45,497 nt of DNA from a virus. The notes below the pieces were generated by a model. The model was not told where the DNA came from. It worked only from the letters and a program-made list of their open reading frames with translations, and made no database searches. Location of the stretch: UHGV virus genome UHGV-0106598; one strand, given 5' to 3'. Numbering within the stretch: the first letter of the stretch is position 1; each line of letters begins with the position of its first letter. Positions 45,443-45,497 of this stretch are shown here, in pieces. Position numbers and translations under genes: made by a program.

Positions 45443-45497
45443 ATTTAAAATCCCTCGGCGTTCGCGCTGTGCGGGTTCAAGTCCCGCTCCGGGTACC
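45443..45497 (+). tRNA. 3' portion only of a tRNA-Leu-like gene (anticodon loop onward); probable attR core
   Basis: ATTTAAAATCCC (anticodon-loop-like, TAA anticodon), T-arm GCGGG-TTCAAGT-CCCGC and 3' acceptor strand TCCGGGTACC(A) present; no 5' acceptor strand upstream. Matches my recollection of enterobacterial leuZ. Confidence 0.6.

Larger units (their letters stand above)
1..45497. mobile_element. Integrated temperate phage (prophage): lambda-like early, lysis and head modules joined to a P2-like contractile tail module; integrase at left, tRNA fragment at right
   Basis: Contiguous phage gene order from integrase to tail genes; partial tRNA 3' segment at the right edge; terminator hairpin at the left edge. 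Whether the prophage extends beyond the window cannot be seen. Confidence 0.85.

Noticed and set aside
1-45497. CRISPR arrays or rRNA genes
   Set aside because: No regularly spaced direct repeats with unique spacers and no rRNA-like conserved blocks were seen.

Overview
The window reads as one nearly complete integrated temperate phage (about 45 kb). Left to right: tyrosine integrase and excisionase-like gene; a leftward early operon with a large Rad52-like annealing protein and a Gp157-like protein; a CI/Cro-type immunity switch flanked by TTTGTA operator repeats; a replication module (O-like initiator with internal iterons, DnaB-type helicase); a nin-like region of small genes; a visibly AT-rich accessory island (about 12.5-18.7 kb) with a membrane protein plus SAM-methyltransferase pair, two proteins carrying Rx4H (HEPN-like) motifs and a PD-(D/E)xK-like protein; further moron genes; a LexA-box promoter in front of an unlisted 59-codon ORF; a DUF1367 / YbcO / Q-like block; a lysis cassette; a lambda-type head module (Nu1-like, A, W, B, C, D, E, FI, FII order); a P2-type contractile tail module (V, W, J, I, H, G, sheath, tube, E/E', T, U, X, D order); a terminal lipoprotein moron; and a 3' fragment of a tRNA-Leu-like gene at the right edge, consistent with attR. 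The accessory island is the best candidate for an undescribed system, but every assignment there rests on short motifs read by eye. Other notable points are a single in-frame TAG interrupting the portal gene and a conserved cassette reused upstream of several gene starts. All family names come from recalled sequence patterns; no database search or computation was run, and coordinates of non-ORF features were counted by hand and may be off by a base or two.
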